DNA of 64,000 bases, from NCBI RefSeq assembly GCF_009914755.1, contig NC_060931.1; one strand, 5' to 3'. The notes under the pieces are model-generated. The model saw only the letters and a list, made by a program, of their open reading frames with translations. It was not told the DNA's origin and searched no databases. This document shows, in pieces, positions 27,506-40,601 of the stretch (positions within the stretch are counted from its first letter, which is position 1; every line of letters begins with the position of its first letter). The position numbers and the translations under genes are program-made. The stretch is from the human T2T-CHM13v2.0 reference genome, Homo sapiens.

Positions 27506-30500
27506 GAAACCCTATTTATTTGAATGTTATTAGAAAAGTGATTAACCCAGCTGAAATTAGTATTAGCTACTTTACCTTCCTTCTAGGTGTGTGTCTGAAA
27601 TTCCAGCTCTGGGGTACATGCTGAATAGGTTCTGCTTAATTCAGCAAGTTATACCAGAGAAAACAATTTACTAGTGCTGTTCCCTAAGTGATACTTGCTG
27701 GGCAGTATTTCTAAGAGATGTTCTCTAGAAAAATGGTTCTCTGGTCAAATAAGCTGGAAATCACTGTATTACACAGTGAGGATCCCATGGAGGATTGCAC
27801 ATTGGCATATGAAAGGTTTTATGAAGTTTTGCAGGAAAGAAGCCATTTAACTTTGCCTAACCAAGCATTTATTCAGCCTATTTAGTAAAACATTTTTTAA
27901 GGAGTTTCATTGTTGTAATTATTTGTAAAACATCTATTGACATTCATGGAACAAACTTCAAGAAATCTTGAATTAATGTTAAAAAAGTCTCATTAAAATA
28001 GATATTTTACAGACTTAGACCACAGCTTAGTTGACATGTACAGTTAACTTAGTTGATAATGTACAGTCTATTCAGAGAAAAATACAGTACTTCCACTCTT
28101 TAATGTCAATAATGCTCCCGTGTGCACAATTTCTTTTATGTACATTATATCATTTGACTCTTAAAACCACTACTTGAGAAAGTAGGGCAGATATTATTCC
28201 AGTTAATGTAAGAAAAAATGAGGCTGAAAAGGGTAGCATCACCAGCTACTCAGACACTCAGAGATATGGTGGTTGATGACAAGACACTGCTTCACAGATG
28301 TATCAAACCACCTTATCTCTTGTGATCTTGCTTGGTTGGGGGGACTTGTGTTTAGAGTTGTATTTTTCATAATGGTTGCTGGTTCATGTTGATCTAGCAA
28401 CATCCTCTTTGGTGATTCCAATTGACGGTCATTGGAAAACATCTTATGTAACGTCTGGCTGCGTTGGAAAGAGAAGTTTATGGTCATAGAAAAATACAAA
28501 AATAAATATTCTATGAGAAAAGATTAGTATGAATTTGTGTTCCAGAGAATTGAAATAACTAAAAAATACAGTAAGAAAAAAATTATAAAGATTGGTTATT
28601 ATGGAGTTGTGTTAACTTTCACAAAAATTACTGGACATTGAGTAATAGCCCACAAGTCGACAAGAATTATAATTACAATGTTTTTCAAGCAAGTAAGTGT
28701 AGAGGTTTGTATCTAAAATTTTTTCAATAGAATTATAGGATTTTACATTTGAGAATGGTTTTACAGATCAGTTAATGAAGATCCCTTATTTTACAAATAA
28801 GGAAATAGACCAAGATGAGTTAAGGGCTCTACCAAATACTTAGTGCTTTAGTGCAAAACTAGACAAGATCCCAAATCATCTCACCCTTCAAGAAAAGGCT
28901 GCCTGGAACTTTGGGAGCAAGATGGCCAAATAGAAGCCTCCAGTGATTGTCTTCCCCGCAGGAATGCCAAACTGAACAACTATCCATACAAAAAAGCACC
29001 TTCATAACAACTAAAAATAAGATTAGTGATCACAGTGCTTGGTTTTCACATCATATCAAGGAAAGAAGCACTGAAAGGGGTAGGAGACAGCCCTGAATCA
29101 TTGACATCATCCTTCCCCATTCCCTGACAGCAGCCATGTGGCACAGAGAATCTGTGTGCTTGTAGGGGGAGGGAGAATGCAGTGATTATGGGACTCTGCT
29201 TGGAACTCAGTGCTACCCTGTCACAGTGAAAAGCAACACAGGACAGAACTCACTTGGCACGCACAGAAGGAGCATTTAGGTCAGCCTGAGCCAGAGGCAA
29301 ATCATCCATCACAGCAGTTAGAACCTGGGTTCTAGCAAGTCCTGCCAGAGTGGACTACAATGCTCTGGGGTCTTGAATAAACTTGAAAGGCAGTCTAGGC
29401 CATAAGGACTACAATTCCTGTGGCGGAGTGGACTTGGGTACACGTGACCTAGTGAGATACCAGCTAGGGTGGCCAAGGGAGTGCTTGCACCACCTCTCCC
29501 CCAACCCCAGCAGTGCAGCTCATAGCTCCAGGAGAGACTCCTTCCCTCTGTTTTAGAAGAGGAGAGGGGAGAGTAAAGAGGACTTTGTCTTGCAACTTGG
29601 ATACCTGTTCAGCCACAGTAGATAGGGCACCATGGTCCTGAGGCCCCCATTCCAGGCTCTAGCTCCAAGATGACATTTCTAAATATACCATGGGCCAGAA
29701 GGGAATGCACTGCTTTGAAAGGAATGACCCAGTCCTGGGAGGATTCATCATCTGCTGACTAAAGAGCCCTTGGGCCCTGAATATTCAGCAGTGATAGCTG
29801 GGAAATACTTGCTGTGTCCTTGGGTAAGACTCAGAGCCATGCTAGCCTCAGGTGTGACACAGCATATTCTCAGCTATGGTGGCTATGGGGATGAACTCCT
29901 TCTGCTTGAGAAAAGAAGAGGGAAGAGTACAGGGAACTTTGTCTTGCAGTGTGACTATCAGCCCAGCCACAGTGGGGTAGAGCAACAAGAGGGTTCCTGG
30001 AGTCTCCAGTTTCAGGCCTTAGCACCTAGACAGAATTTCTGGACCTGCCCTGGGTGAGAGAGGAGCCCACAGCCCTGAAGGGACAGATTCAGGACTGGCA
30101 GCATTCACTCTAAGCTGACTGAAGAGCCCTTGGGCCTTGAGTGAATATTGGCAGTAGCCAGGCAGTACTCACAGTGGGCATGGGGCACTAAGAACCATAC
30201 GAAGAGATTCTTCCACTTGAGGAAAGGGGAGGGAAGAGTGAGAAGAACTTTTCCTTGAGACTTGGATGGCAGCTTAGTTGCAGTAGAATAGAGCATCGGA
30301 TAGATCCCTAAGGTTCTCTACTGCAGGCCCTGGCTCCTGGATGGCATCTCTGGACCTGCCCAGGGCTAAGGTAAACTTTCTGCCCCGAAAAGAAGGACAG
30401 AAGCCTGGCTGGATTTGCAACCTACTGATAATAGATCCCTTGGGCCTTGGGTGAACATAGGTGGTAGCCAGGCAGTGTTCGCTCTGGGCCCAGTGCTGTA

Positions 30501-33500
30501 CTGGTTCAGGCCTGACCCAGAAAAGTTGTAGTGGTGTTGGACACAGGGGTGCTCTTTCAATACTCCTCCAGCTCCAGGTAGCTCATCACAGAGAGAGACT
30601 CTGTTTGCTTGTGGGAAGTTAAGGAATGAGAGCAAGAGTCTGCCTGGTAATCCAAGGAATTCTTCTGGATCTTACTCAAGACAATCAAGGTGGTACTTCT
30701 ATGAGTCTGCAAGAGCAACAGTGATACTGGGCTTGGGGTTTGCCCTAAAGTAGATATGGCTGCAGTGAAGAAAGACTAGATCACAACACCCAAGTCCCTT
30801 TGAATACCTAGAAAGCCTTCCTAAGAAGAATGGATACAAATAAGCCCAGACTGTGAAGACTACAATAAACACCTAACTCTTCAATGCTCAGACATAGACA
30901 AACATCCACCTGCAATAAGACTATCCGGGAAAACACGACCTTATCAAACAAATAAGGCACCAGTCACATATCCCAGAAATACAGAATTATATGACCTTTT
31001 AGATAGAGAATTCAAAATAGCTGTTTTGAGGAAGCTCAACAAAATCCAAGATAACATGGAGAAGGAAGTCAGAATCCCATCAGACACGTTTAACAAAGAG
31101 ATTGAAATAGTTAAAAAGAACCAAACAGAAATTCTGGAGCTGAAAAATGCAGTTGACATACTGAATAATGCATCAGTCTCTTAATAGCAGAATTTATCAA
31201 ACAGCAGAAATAATTAGTGAGCTCAAAAACAGGCTATTTGAAAATACACAATCAGAGGAGACAAGAAAAAAAGGAAAAACAATGAAGCATGCCTACAAGA
31301 TCTAGAAAATGGCTCAAAAGGGCAAATCTAAGAGTTATTGGCCTTAGGAGGCAGAGAGAGATCAGAGTAGAAAGTTTATTCAAAGGGATAAGAATAACTT
31401 TCTCAACCTAGAGAAAGCTATCAATATCCAAGTACAAGAAGGTTATAGAACAGTATGCAGATGTAAGCCAAATAAGACTACCTCAGGACATTTAATAATA
31501 AAACATCTAAAAGCCAAGGATAACAAAGGATCCTAAAACCAACAAGACCAAGGAAACAAATAACATACAAAGGAGCTTCAATAAGTCTGGCAGCAGACTT
31601 CTCGGTGCAAACTTTATAGGCCAGGAGAGAATGGTATGACATATTTAGAGTGCTGAAGGAAAAAAAAAATTATCCTAGAATAGTGTATCCACGGAAAATG
31701 TCTTTCAAATATAAAGGAGAGATGCTTCCTCAGACAAACAAAAGCTGAGGGATTTCATCAACACTAGATCTGTCTTACAAGAAATGCTAAAGGGAGTTCT
31801 TCAGTCTGAAAGAAAAGAATGTTAATGAGCAATAAGAAATCATCTGAAGTTACAAAACTCACTGGTGCTAGTAAGTCCACAGGAAAACAGAATATTTGTG
31901 TCAAAAAACAACATATGAGTGTAAACTATTCATATGTTGAGTAGAAAGACCACAAGATAAACCTACAAAAATAATAACTACAACAACTCTTCAAGACATA
32001 GTATAATAAGATATAAATAGAAAGAACAAAAAGTTAAAAAGAAAAGGGATGAAGTTAAATAGTAGAGTTTTTATTGGTTTTCTTTTTGCTTGTTAGTTTT
32101 TTTTTAAAGGCAATTAGTGTTAAGTTGTCATCAGTTTAAAATAATGATTTATAAGATATTATTTGCATGCCTTATGGTAGCCTCAAATCAAAAAAACTAC
32201 AACAGATGCAAAACAAATAAAGAACAAGGAATTAAAAAATACCACCAGAGAAAATCACCTTTACTAACAGCAAGATGCAAGAAAAGGGAAAAAGGAAAAG
32301 AAGACAACAAAACAACCAGAAAACAAACAAAACAACAGGAGTTAGTCCTTACTTACCAATAATAACATTGTAAATGGACTAAACTCTCCAATCAAAAGAC
32401 ATAGAGTGGCTGAATGGATAAAGAAAAAAAAGACCCAACAATCTGTTGCCTACAAAGAACACATGTCACCTATAAAGACACATATAGACCAAAAATAAAG
32501 GGATGGAAAAAGATATCTATGCAAATGGAAACCAAAAAGAGCAGGAGTAGCTATACTTATATTAGACAAAATAGATTTTGAGACAAAAACTGTAAAAAGG
32601 ACAAAGAAGGTCATTATGTAGTGATAAAGGAGTAAATTTAGCAAGAGGATATAACAATAGTAAATATATACGCACCCAACACTGGAGCACCCAGATATAT
32701 AAAGCAAATATTATTAGAGCTAAAGAGAGAGATCAACCTCAATATAATAATAGCTGCAGACTTCAACACCCCACTTTTAGCACTGGAAAGATCATCCAGA
32801 CAAAAGCGAGAAAGAAACATCAGAGTTAATCTTTACTATAGAACAATGTATCTAATTGATATTTCTAGAACATTTCATCCAATGGCTACAGAATACACAT
32901 TTTCTTCTCAGCACATGGATTATTATCAAAGATAGACTGTATGTTAGGCTACAACAAAACAAGGCTTAAAAAATTCAAATTATTGATATCATATCAAGCA
33001 TCTTCTCTGACCACAATGGAATAAAACTGTAAATCAACAACAGGAGGAATTTTGGAAACTATACAAACACATGGAAATTAAATAATATACTCTTGAATGA
33101 TCAGTGGGTCAATGAAGATATTAAGACGGAAATTAAAAAATTTCTTGACACAAATGTAAATGGAAACATAACATATCAGAACCTATGGGATACAGTGAAA
33201 GCAGTACTAAGAGGAAAGTTTATAGCAATAAGTGTCTATTTCAAATAAGTAGAAAAACTTCAAAAAAGCAACCTAACAATGCACTTAAAGAACTAGAAAA
33301 GCAAGAGCAAACCAAACTCAAAATTAGAAGAAGAAATAATAAAGATCAGAGCAGAAATAAATGAAATTGAAATGAATAAAATACAAAAGATTAATGAAAC
33401 AAAAAGTAGGTTTTTGAAAAGATAAAATTGACAAACCCTTAGCCCAACTAAGAAAAACAGGGAACGCCCAAATAAATCAGAGATGAAAATGGAGACTTTA

Positions 33501-33644
33501 CAATTGATACCACAGAAGTTCAAAGGATCATTAGAGGCTACTATGAGCAACTACATGCCCCTTAATTGGAAAACCTAGAAGAAATGGTTAAATTCCTAGA
33601 CACATATAAACTACCAAGATTGAACCATTAAGAAATTAAAACCC

Positions 33645-34082
<438 letters not shown>

Positions 34083-34834
34083 CTAACACCAATCTTAATC
34101 GAGCTGTTCTGAAAAACAGGGAAGAAATACTTCCAAACTCATTTTTCTGAGGCTAATATTACCCTGATACCAAAACCAAAAAAAAGACACGTCAAAAAAA
34201 GAAAAGGACAGGCCAATATCTCTGATCAATATTGATGCAAAAATCCTCAACAAAATATAAGAATACTGAATTCAACAACACATTAAAAAGATCATTCATC
34301 ATGATCCAGTGGGCTTTATTCCAGGGATGTGAGAATGGTTCAACATACACAAATCAATGTGATACATCATATCAACAGCATGAAGGACAAAAATCATATA
34401 ATCATTTTGACTGATGTTGAAAAAGTATTTTATAAGATCCAACATTCCTTAATGATAAAAACCCTAAAAAAACTGGGCATAGAAGGTACATACCTCAACA
34501 CAATAAAAGTCATATTCAGCAGACCCACAGCTAGTATCATACTGAAAGGGGAAAACCTGAAAGCCTTTCCTCTGAGATCTGGAACATAACAAGGATGCCC
34601 ACTGTCATGTTAGCACTGTTATTCAACATAGTACTGGAAGTCCTAGCTAGAGCAATCAGATGGGAGGAAGAAAGGGAATCCAAAAAGGACAGGAAAAAGT
34701 CAAGTTATCTTTGTTTGCAGCTATTATATTTGAAAAAACCTAAAGACTCCACCAAAAAACTATTGGAACTGATGAACAAATTCAGTAAATTTGCAGGATA
34801 CTAAAATCAACATGAGAAAATCAGTAGCATTTCT

Positions 34835-35015
34835 CTCTCTCTGTTTTTTTTTTAAGACAGTTTCTCACTCTGTTGCCCAGGCTGGAGTTCACTGGCATGA
34901 TCTTGGCTCACTGCAATCTCCACCTCCGCCTCCCAGGCTCAAGTGATCCTGTCACCTCGGCCTCCCAAGTAGCTGGGGCAACAAATGTGCACCATCACGC
35001 CTGGCTAAGTTTATG

Positions 35016-35056
<41 letters not shown>

Positions 35057-35203
35057 TGTGTGTGTGTTTTGTAGAGACAGGGTTTTGTCAGGACAGATCT
35101 TTCAAGTTGTCCAGGCCGGTCTTGAACTCCTGAGCTCAAGTCATCCGCCTGCCTCAGTCTCCCAAAGTGTTGGGTTTACAGGCATGAGCCACTGTGCCTG
35201 ACC
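34835..35203 (-). mobile_element. AluJ inside L1 ORF2, 13-bp TSD, (TG)n in middle linker
   Basis: TSD cagtagcatttct at 34822-34834 and 35204-35216; TG repeat ~35017-35067. Confidence 0.93.
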
Positions 35204-36794
35204 CAGTAGCATTTCTACATACTAATAGTGAAACTCTGAGAAAGAAATCAGGGAAGTAATTCCATTTACAATAACTATAAATAAAATGCATAGGAGTAAA
35301 TTTAGACAAAGAAGTGAAAGGTCTCTATAATAAAAATAATAAAACATTGATGTAAGAAATTGAAGAGGATATAAAGGAAATGGAAAGATACTCCATGTTC
35401 ATGCACCAAAAGAATCAGTACTGTTAAAATGTTCATACTACCCAGAGCAATCTATAGATTCAATGCAATCTCTATCAAAATACCAATGATATTTTTCACA
35501 TAAATAGAACAAACAATCATAAAATTTATATGAAACCACAAAAGACCAGAAGAGCCGAAGCTATCCTGAGCAAAGAGAACAAAATTGGAGGAACCACATT
35601 ACCTGACTTCAAGTTATACTATAGAGCTATAGTAACCAAAATGGCATGGTACTGGCATAAAAACAGACACATAGACCAAGGGAACAGAATAGAGAACCCA
35701 GAAACAAATCCAGACGTCTACAGTGAACTCATTTTCAACCAAAGTGCCAAGAACTTCCATTGGGGAAAGGACAATCTCTTCAATAAATGGTGCTGGAAAA
35801 ACTGGATATCCTTATGCAGAAGAATGAAACTAGGGCCCCAAAAATAAAATTAAAATGGATTAAAGACATAAATCTAGACCTGAAATTATGAAACTACCAA
35901 ATGAGAACATTGGGAAAATGCTCCAGGATATTGGTCTGGGCAAAGATTTTTTGTGTAAGACCTCAAAAGCATAGGCAGCAAAAGTAAAAATAGACAAATG
36001 AAATCACAGCAAGCAAAAATACTTCTGCACTGCAAAGAAAAAAATCAACCAAGCAAAGAGACAGCCCATAGAGTGGGAGAAAATATTTGCAAACTATCCA
36101 TTTGATAGGAGATTGATAAACAGCATATATAAGAAGCTCAAACAACTCTATAGGAAAAAAAAATCTAATAACCTGCTTTAAAAATGGGCAAAAGATCTGG
36201 ATAGACATTTCTCAAAAAAAGACATACAAATGGCAAACAGGTATATGAAAAGGTGCTCAATATCATTGATCATTGGAGAAATGCAAAACAAAACTACAAT
36301 GAGATATCATCTCACCCCAGTTAAAGTGGCTTTTTTCCCCGTTAAAAGACAGGCAATAACAAATGCTGGCAGGGATGTGGAGAAAAGGGAACCCTCGTAC
36401 ACTGTTGGTGGGAATGTAAATTAGTACAACCACTATAGAGAACAGTTTGGAGATTCCTCAAACAACTAAAAATAGAGCTAACATAGGATCCACCAATCCT
36501 ATTACTAGGCATATAAATATATGCACCCACTATGCACATACCCTATAAATATGTGTGCCTATTATTTACCCATAAAAATAAAAAAATAAATGCTGTGTGT
36601 TATAGTGAAAGACAGTAGGAGAATTCCCAGGGTCAGATCTGATTGCTTTTGACATGCAAATAAATCTCCAGAACATGAATAGAAACCTAGCCTCTGTACC
36701 AGAATCTGACTGTAAGACTTGTACTTTCAATTGTCCTCTTACATCTTGGAACATTTAATTACCTGCTATCCTGAAATTTGTAGAATTCCCATAC

Positions 36795-36847
36795 CTGATT
36801 ATCTCTTGCTTTGAGAAGCTTGACTCAACATCAGTGTAATTTGACAT
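36795..36847 (-). CDS. AGR2: Candidate distal AGR2 first exon, coding part: MSNYTDVESSFSKQEIIR, in frame with exon 2 (VA-MEKIP…), giving a 195-aa isoform
   Basis: ATG at 36847 (aagATG) after an in-frame TAG; 53 nt to donor CAG|gtatgg at 36794; 53+7 nt = 20 codons exactly in frame with the canonical ATG; agrees with my recollection of a long AGR2 transcript. Confidence 0.7.
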
Positions 36848-37699
36848 CTTGTTCTCCTAATTCATCGTGGCTGAAAAGATTTTTCTCTTGTTCTGTCTTC
36901 ATTGAGTTTTCATAGATTCATTCCACTCTCATGGCTTAATGACTTTGGGTTGTCTGTTGGCCTTGTGAATCTAATTCCTGTTAGCAATGTTTCTCTCTCT
37001 TGAACTCAGTTTCTTCTGGCATTTCCTCCTAATGAGAACACTGAAGTAATAAATTCTCTCAATAAAATTCTCTATACAGTCACAGTCTGAGTAAGTGGAG
37101 CCAGACGACTTATTCAGGTGAGCCAGGTAGGAGCATACCTTCTGGCCCAGACACTTGTAAATGAGACAGTTCTGCCTTGCAGAACTTGTTTTAAGAATTA
37201 ATATTAATTTTTACAAGATGTCTGGTATGTAACAGGTACCCAATAAATGGAAGATATCAGTATTATTATTGACATTAGGTACAGGGCTATCTCTTTGAAA
37301 AGCAATTACATTAATGTACCAAAATGAAATATTAATATGATAAAAGCTATCCCGTGTGTGTACGGGGGAGCTAGGAGAGGGGTACAATTCAGTGAAGTCT
37401 AAGTGCCTTATCTTTTGTGATCTTGCTTGACCCAGGGCTATATTAATTCTTTGCCAAAATAGGCACCTTGTTCTTCAGACAATCAGCCATAAGTATTATT
37501 TTCCTCAGTGTACCTTCTGATTAATATTTAGTGTGAGACTAATGGCTATTAGGGGGATGCATTGAGTATTGACTCATGTTAAAATCAATACTCAGAACAG
37601 AGGGAGGTTGAAGCTGAGATACAACTTACATCGGGGAAAGCATGGCTAAGCCATTAGCAATTTCCACCTAAACTTAAAAGAATGAGACCTTTTTCCTGA

Positions 37700-39520
37700 C
37701 TTCCTATAGGTTATGTGAACAATTTTTAGAATTCCATTTTGACTTTATCTACAGCATTTTTGAGTGTATGTCTTTGTTTAGATTTTCTAGTGGTTGCTCT
37801 AGATACTACATTCTATCTATCTATTTATCTATCTAATCTTAACAGTTTACTGGCACTGATATTTTACCAGTTTGAGTGAAGAGTAGAAAATTTACCTCCC
37901 TTTAAGTCTCTTTACCTTCTCCTTTTTAAGATAGAGTTGTCTTAAATATTTCCTGTCTGTATCTTGAGCACCACGTCATATAATACTATAATTTTTGCTT
38001 TAGCTATCAAACATAATTTGGAAAACTCAAAGAAGAAGGCAAATATATTGTACTTCCCTATATGCTTACTCTCGCTGCTGTCTTTTCTTCCTGATGTTCC
38101 AAAATTCCTTTTTTAGCATTTGCATTCTGTTTCAAGAATTTTCTGTAGCCATTCTTTTCGAGTGTAGATGCTGACAACAAATTCTCTTAAGTTTCATTAA
38201 CTGGAGGATTCCTTGAGTCTCCAGATGCAGGATGCTACCAGGTTCACAGTTTTTTCTTTCAACATTAGAAAAATGTTGTCCCTGCTCCTGTCCTCCAGGG
38301 TTTCTGATGAGAAATCTGCTGTCTTTTCAATTATTTTTCCCTATATGTTATACATTGTTTTTCTCCCTGCTTTTTAAGTCTTTGTCTTTAGTTTTCAGAA
38401 ATTTTATTATCATATCTTAAATTTCTGTAGGTTTCTCTATCTGGATTGTGTGGATTTCTATCTTTTGTCAAACTGGGAATCTGTCAGTCAAATTATTCTT
38501 TTCAAATACTTTTTCAGTCCCAACATCTCTTTCTGTTCCTTCACAGATGCCAATGACATGAATGCTAAAACTTTTGTTATAATCCCACAAGCCCCTGAGG
38601 TGTGTTCATTTTATTTTTCATCATATTCTCTATTGTTTAGATTTAGTGATTTTTTTCTTCTACTTCAAGTTTGCCAATTCTTTCATCTGTTTTCTTCATT
38701 TCTCTATTGAGTTATTATTATTTTTTTAATTTCAGTTGTACTTTCCCACTTCAAAATTTCCATTTGCTGAGACTTTGTAATTGTTAAATTTGCTTTAAGC
38801 ATGTCTGTAATTGCTCATTGAGGCACGTTTATGATGGTTGCTTTAACATCCTTGCCAGGTAATTCCAACATCTGTGTCATCCCCGTGTTGACATCTGTTG
38901 ATTGGCTTTTCTCGTTCAAGTTGAGATTTTCATGGTTCCTTGGTATGATGAATGTTTTTTGTTTTTGAATATATTCTGGACATTAACTCTGAGAGTGGTG
39001 AAAGTCCTTGCTTCTCAGTTGGTCTTCTTGACACCATCACCAGTGGGAGGTGGTGCCTCATTATCCCCAGGTGGTGGTGGATGTCCTGGCTTTCCACTTG
39101 GCCTTTGCTGACAAAAGTGGTAGTAAAGCCATAACTTTTCCAACAACGTTTGGTTGGAGTAGTGTGGTTATTGTCCAAAAGTTTTTTTGTCTTTCTGGGC
39201 TGTGCCTCTCTTGTTTCTTTGGTTAGAAAGAGCGTGACTTTATTGGAGCTTATTTTGTCTGTGCCCATTGGAAGTTTCAGGTTGCCAGCTTCTTCTGTCT
39301 CGATTTTAGAATATTTGAGGCAAACAACAACAACAAAACCAAAACCAAACCCAGGGAACTCACCACTGTGTTATTTCTCCAGTCCCAAGGTCTCTGGTTT
39401 GCCTTCTTCTCTATCTCTAAGAGTCTTCTTATGTTTGTTTTATTTATAATACCCATGATTTTTAGCTGTCCTTAGTGAGAAGAATAGAAATAAGTATATC
39501 TACTCCATCTTGTCTAAAAC
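37700..39520 (-). mobile_element. Old L1 (L1MC/MD-type) 5' region, antisense
   Basis: ttttagaattccattttgac…tagtggttgctctag; …gagaaatctgctgtc…; ends tatctactccatcttgtc like an L1M 5' end in reverse. Confidence 0.7.
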
Positions 39521-39873
39521 TCTAAAAGTTTTTCTCTGAGATTTTTATCCTTGCAAAGACGGAAACAACTCAGTTTAAGACTAAAGTTTAGAATTATGGA
39601 GAAATAACACAAAGAACTTTAATAATATTACTCCAAGCTGTTGAATGCCAACTGTGTGCCAGAAATGTACAATCAGTTATTTCTAATCCTTACAATAATA
39701 TTATAAAGCAGTTATTACAATTCCAATTGTATAGATGAGGTAAATAAGTTCATAGAGATTTGTAATTTGTCCATGATTTCTTAACGACTACATGTTGAAA
39801 CCAGGAATCAAACTTCTATCTGATTCTAAAGACTGAGCTTTTATTCATAAGTTAAAATATAAAGATGAGTGGG

Positions 39874-40601
39874 TGTAACCACCCAGCAGGTTCACCTAGC
39901 CCACTGCCTAGACAGAGCCAATTTATCAAGACAGGGGAATTGCAATAGAGAGTTTAATTCACACACAGCTGGCTGGACGGGAGACCAGAGTTTTATTGTT
40001 GCTCAAACCATTCTCCCCCAAAACTCAGGGATTGGGGTTTTTAAGGATAATTTGGTGGATAGGGGGTGAGAACATGGGGAGTGCTGTTTGGTCAGGTCAG
40101 AAATGAAATCACAGGGAGTCAAAACTGTCCTCTTCTACTGAGTCAGTTCCTGGGTGAGGATCATAAGATCAGATGAGCCAGTTTATCCGTGTGAGTGTTG
40201 CGGTTGATTCACCCAGTGCAAGGTCTGCAAAATATCTCAAGCACCGATGTTAGGTTTTACAACAGTGATGTTATCCCGAGGAGAAATCTGGGAGGTTTAG
40301 AATCTTTCAGCCTCCAGCCACATGACTCCTAAACCATAATTTCTTATCTTGTAGCTAATTTGTTAGTCCTGGAAAGGCAGTCTAGTCCCCAGGCAGGAAG
40401 GGGGTTTATTTCGGGAAAGGGCTGTTACCATCTTTGTTTCAAAGTCAAACTATAAACTAAGTTCCTCTCAAAGTTAGTTCGGCCTATGCCCAGAAATGAA
40501 TAAGGACAGCTTGGAGATTAGAAGCAAGATGGAATTGGTTATGTCAGATATCTTTTAGTATCGTAATTTTCTCAGTTATAATTTTTGCAAAGGCAGTTTC
40601 A
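39874..40601 (-). mobile_element. LTR8A-like ERV1 solo LTR (~730 bp)
   Basis: tgtaaccacccagcaggttcacc…ctcagttataatttttgcaaaggcagtttca is the reverse complement of LTR8 (tgaaac…tttgcaaaa…ttataactgag). Confidence 0.88.
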
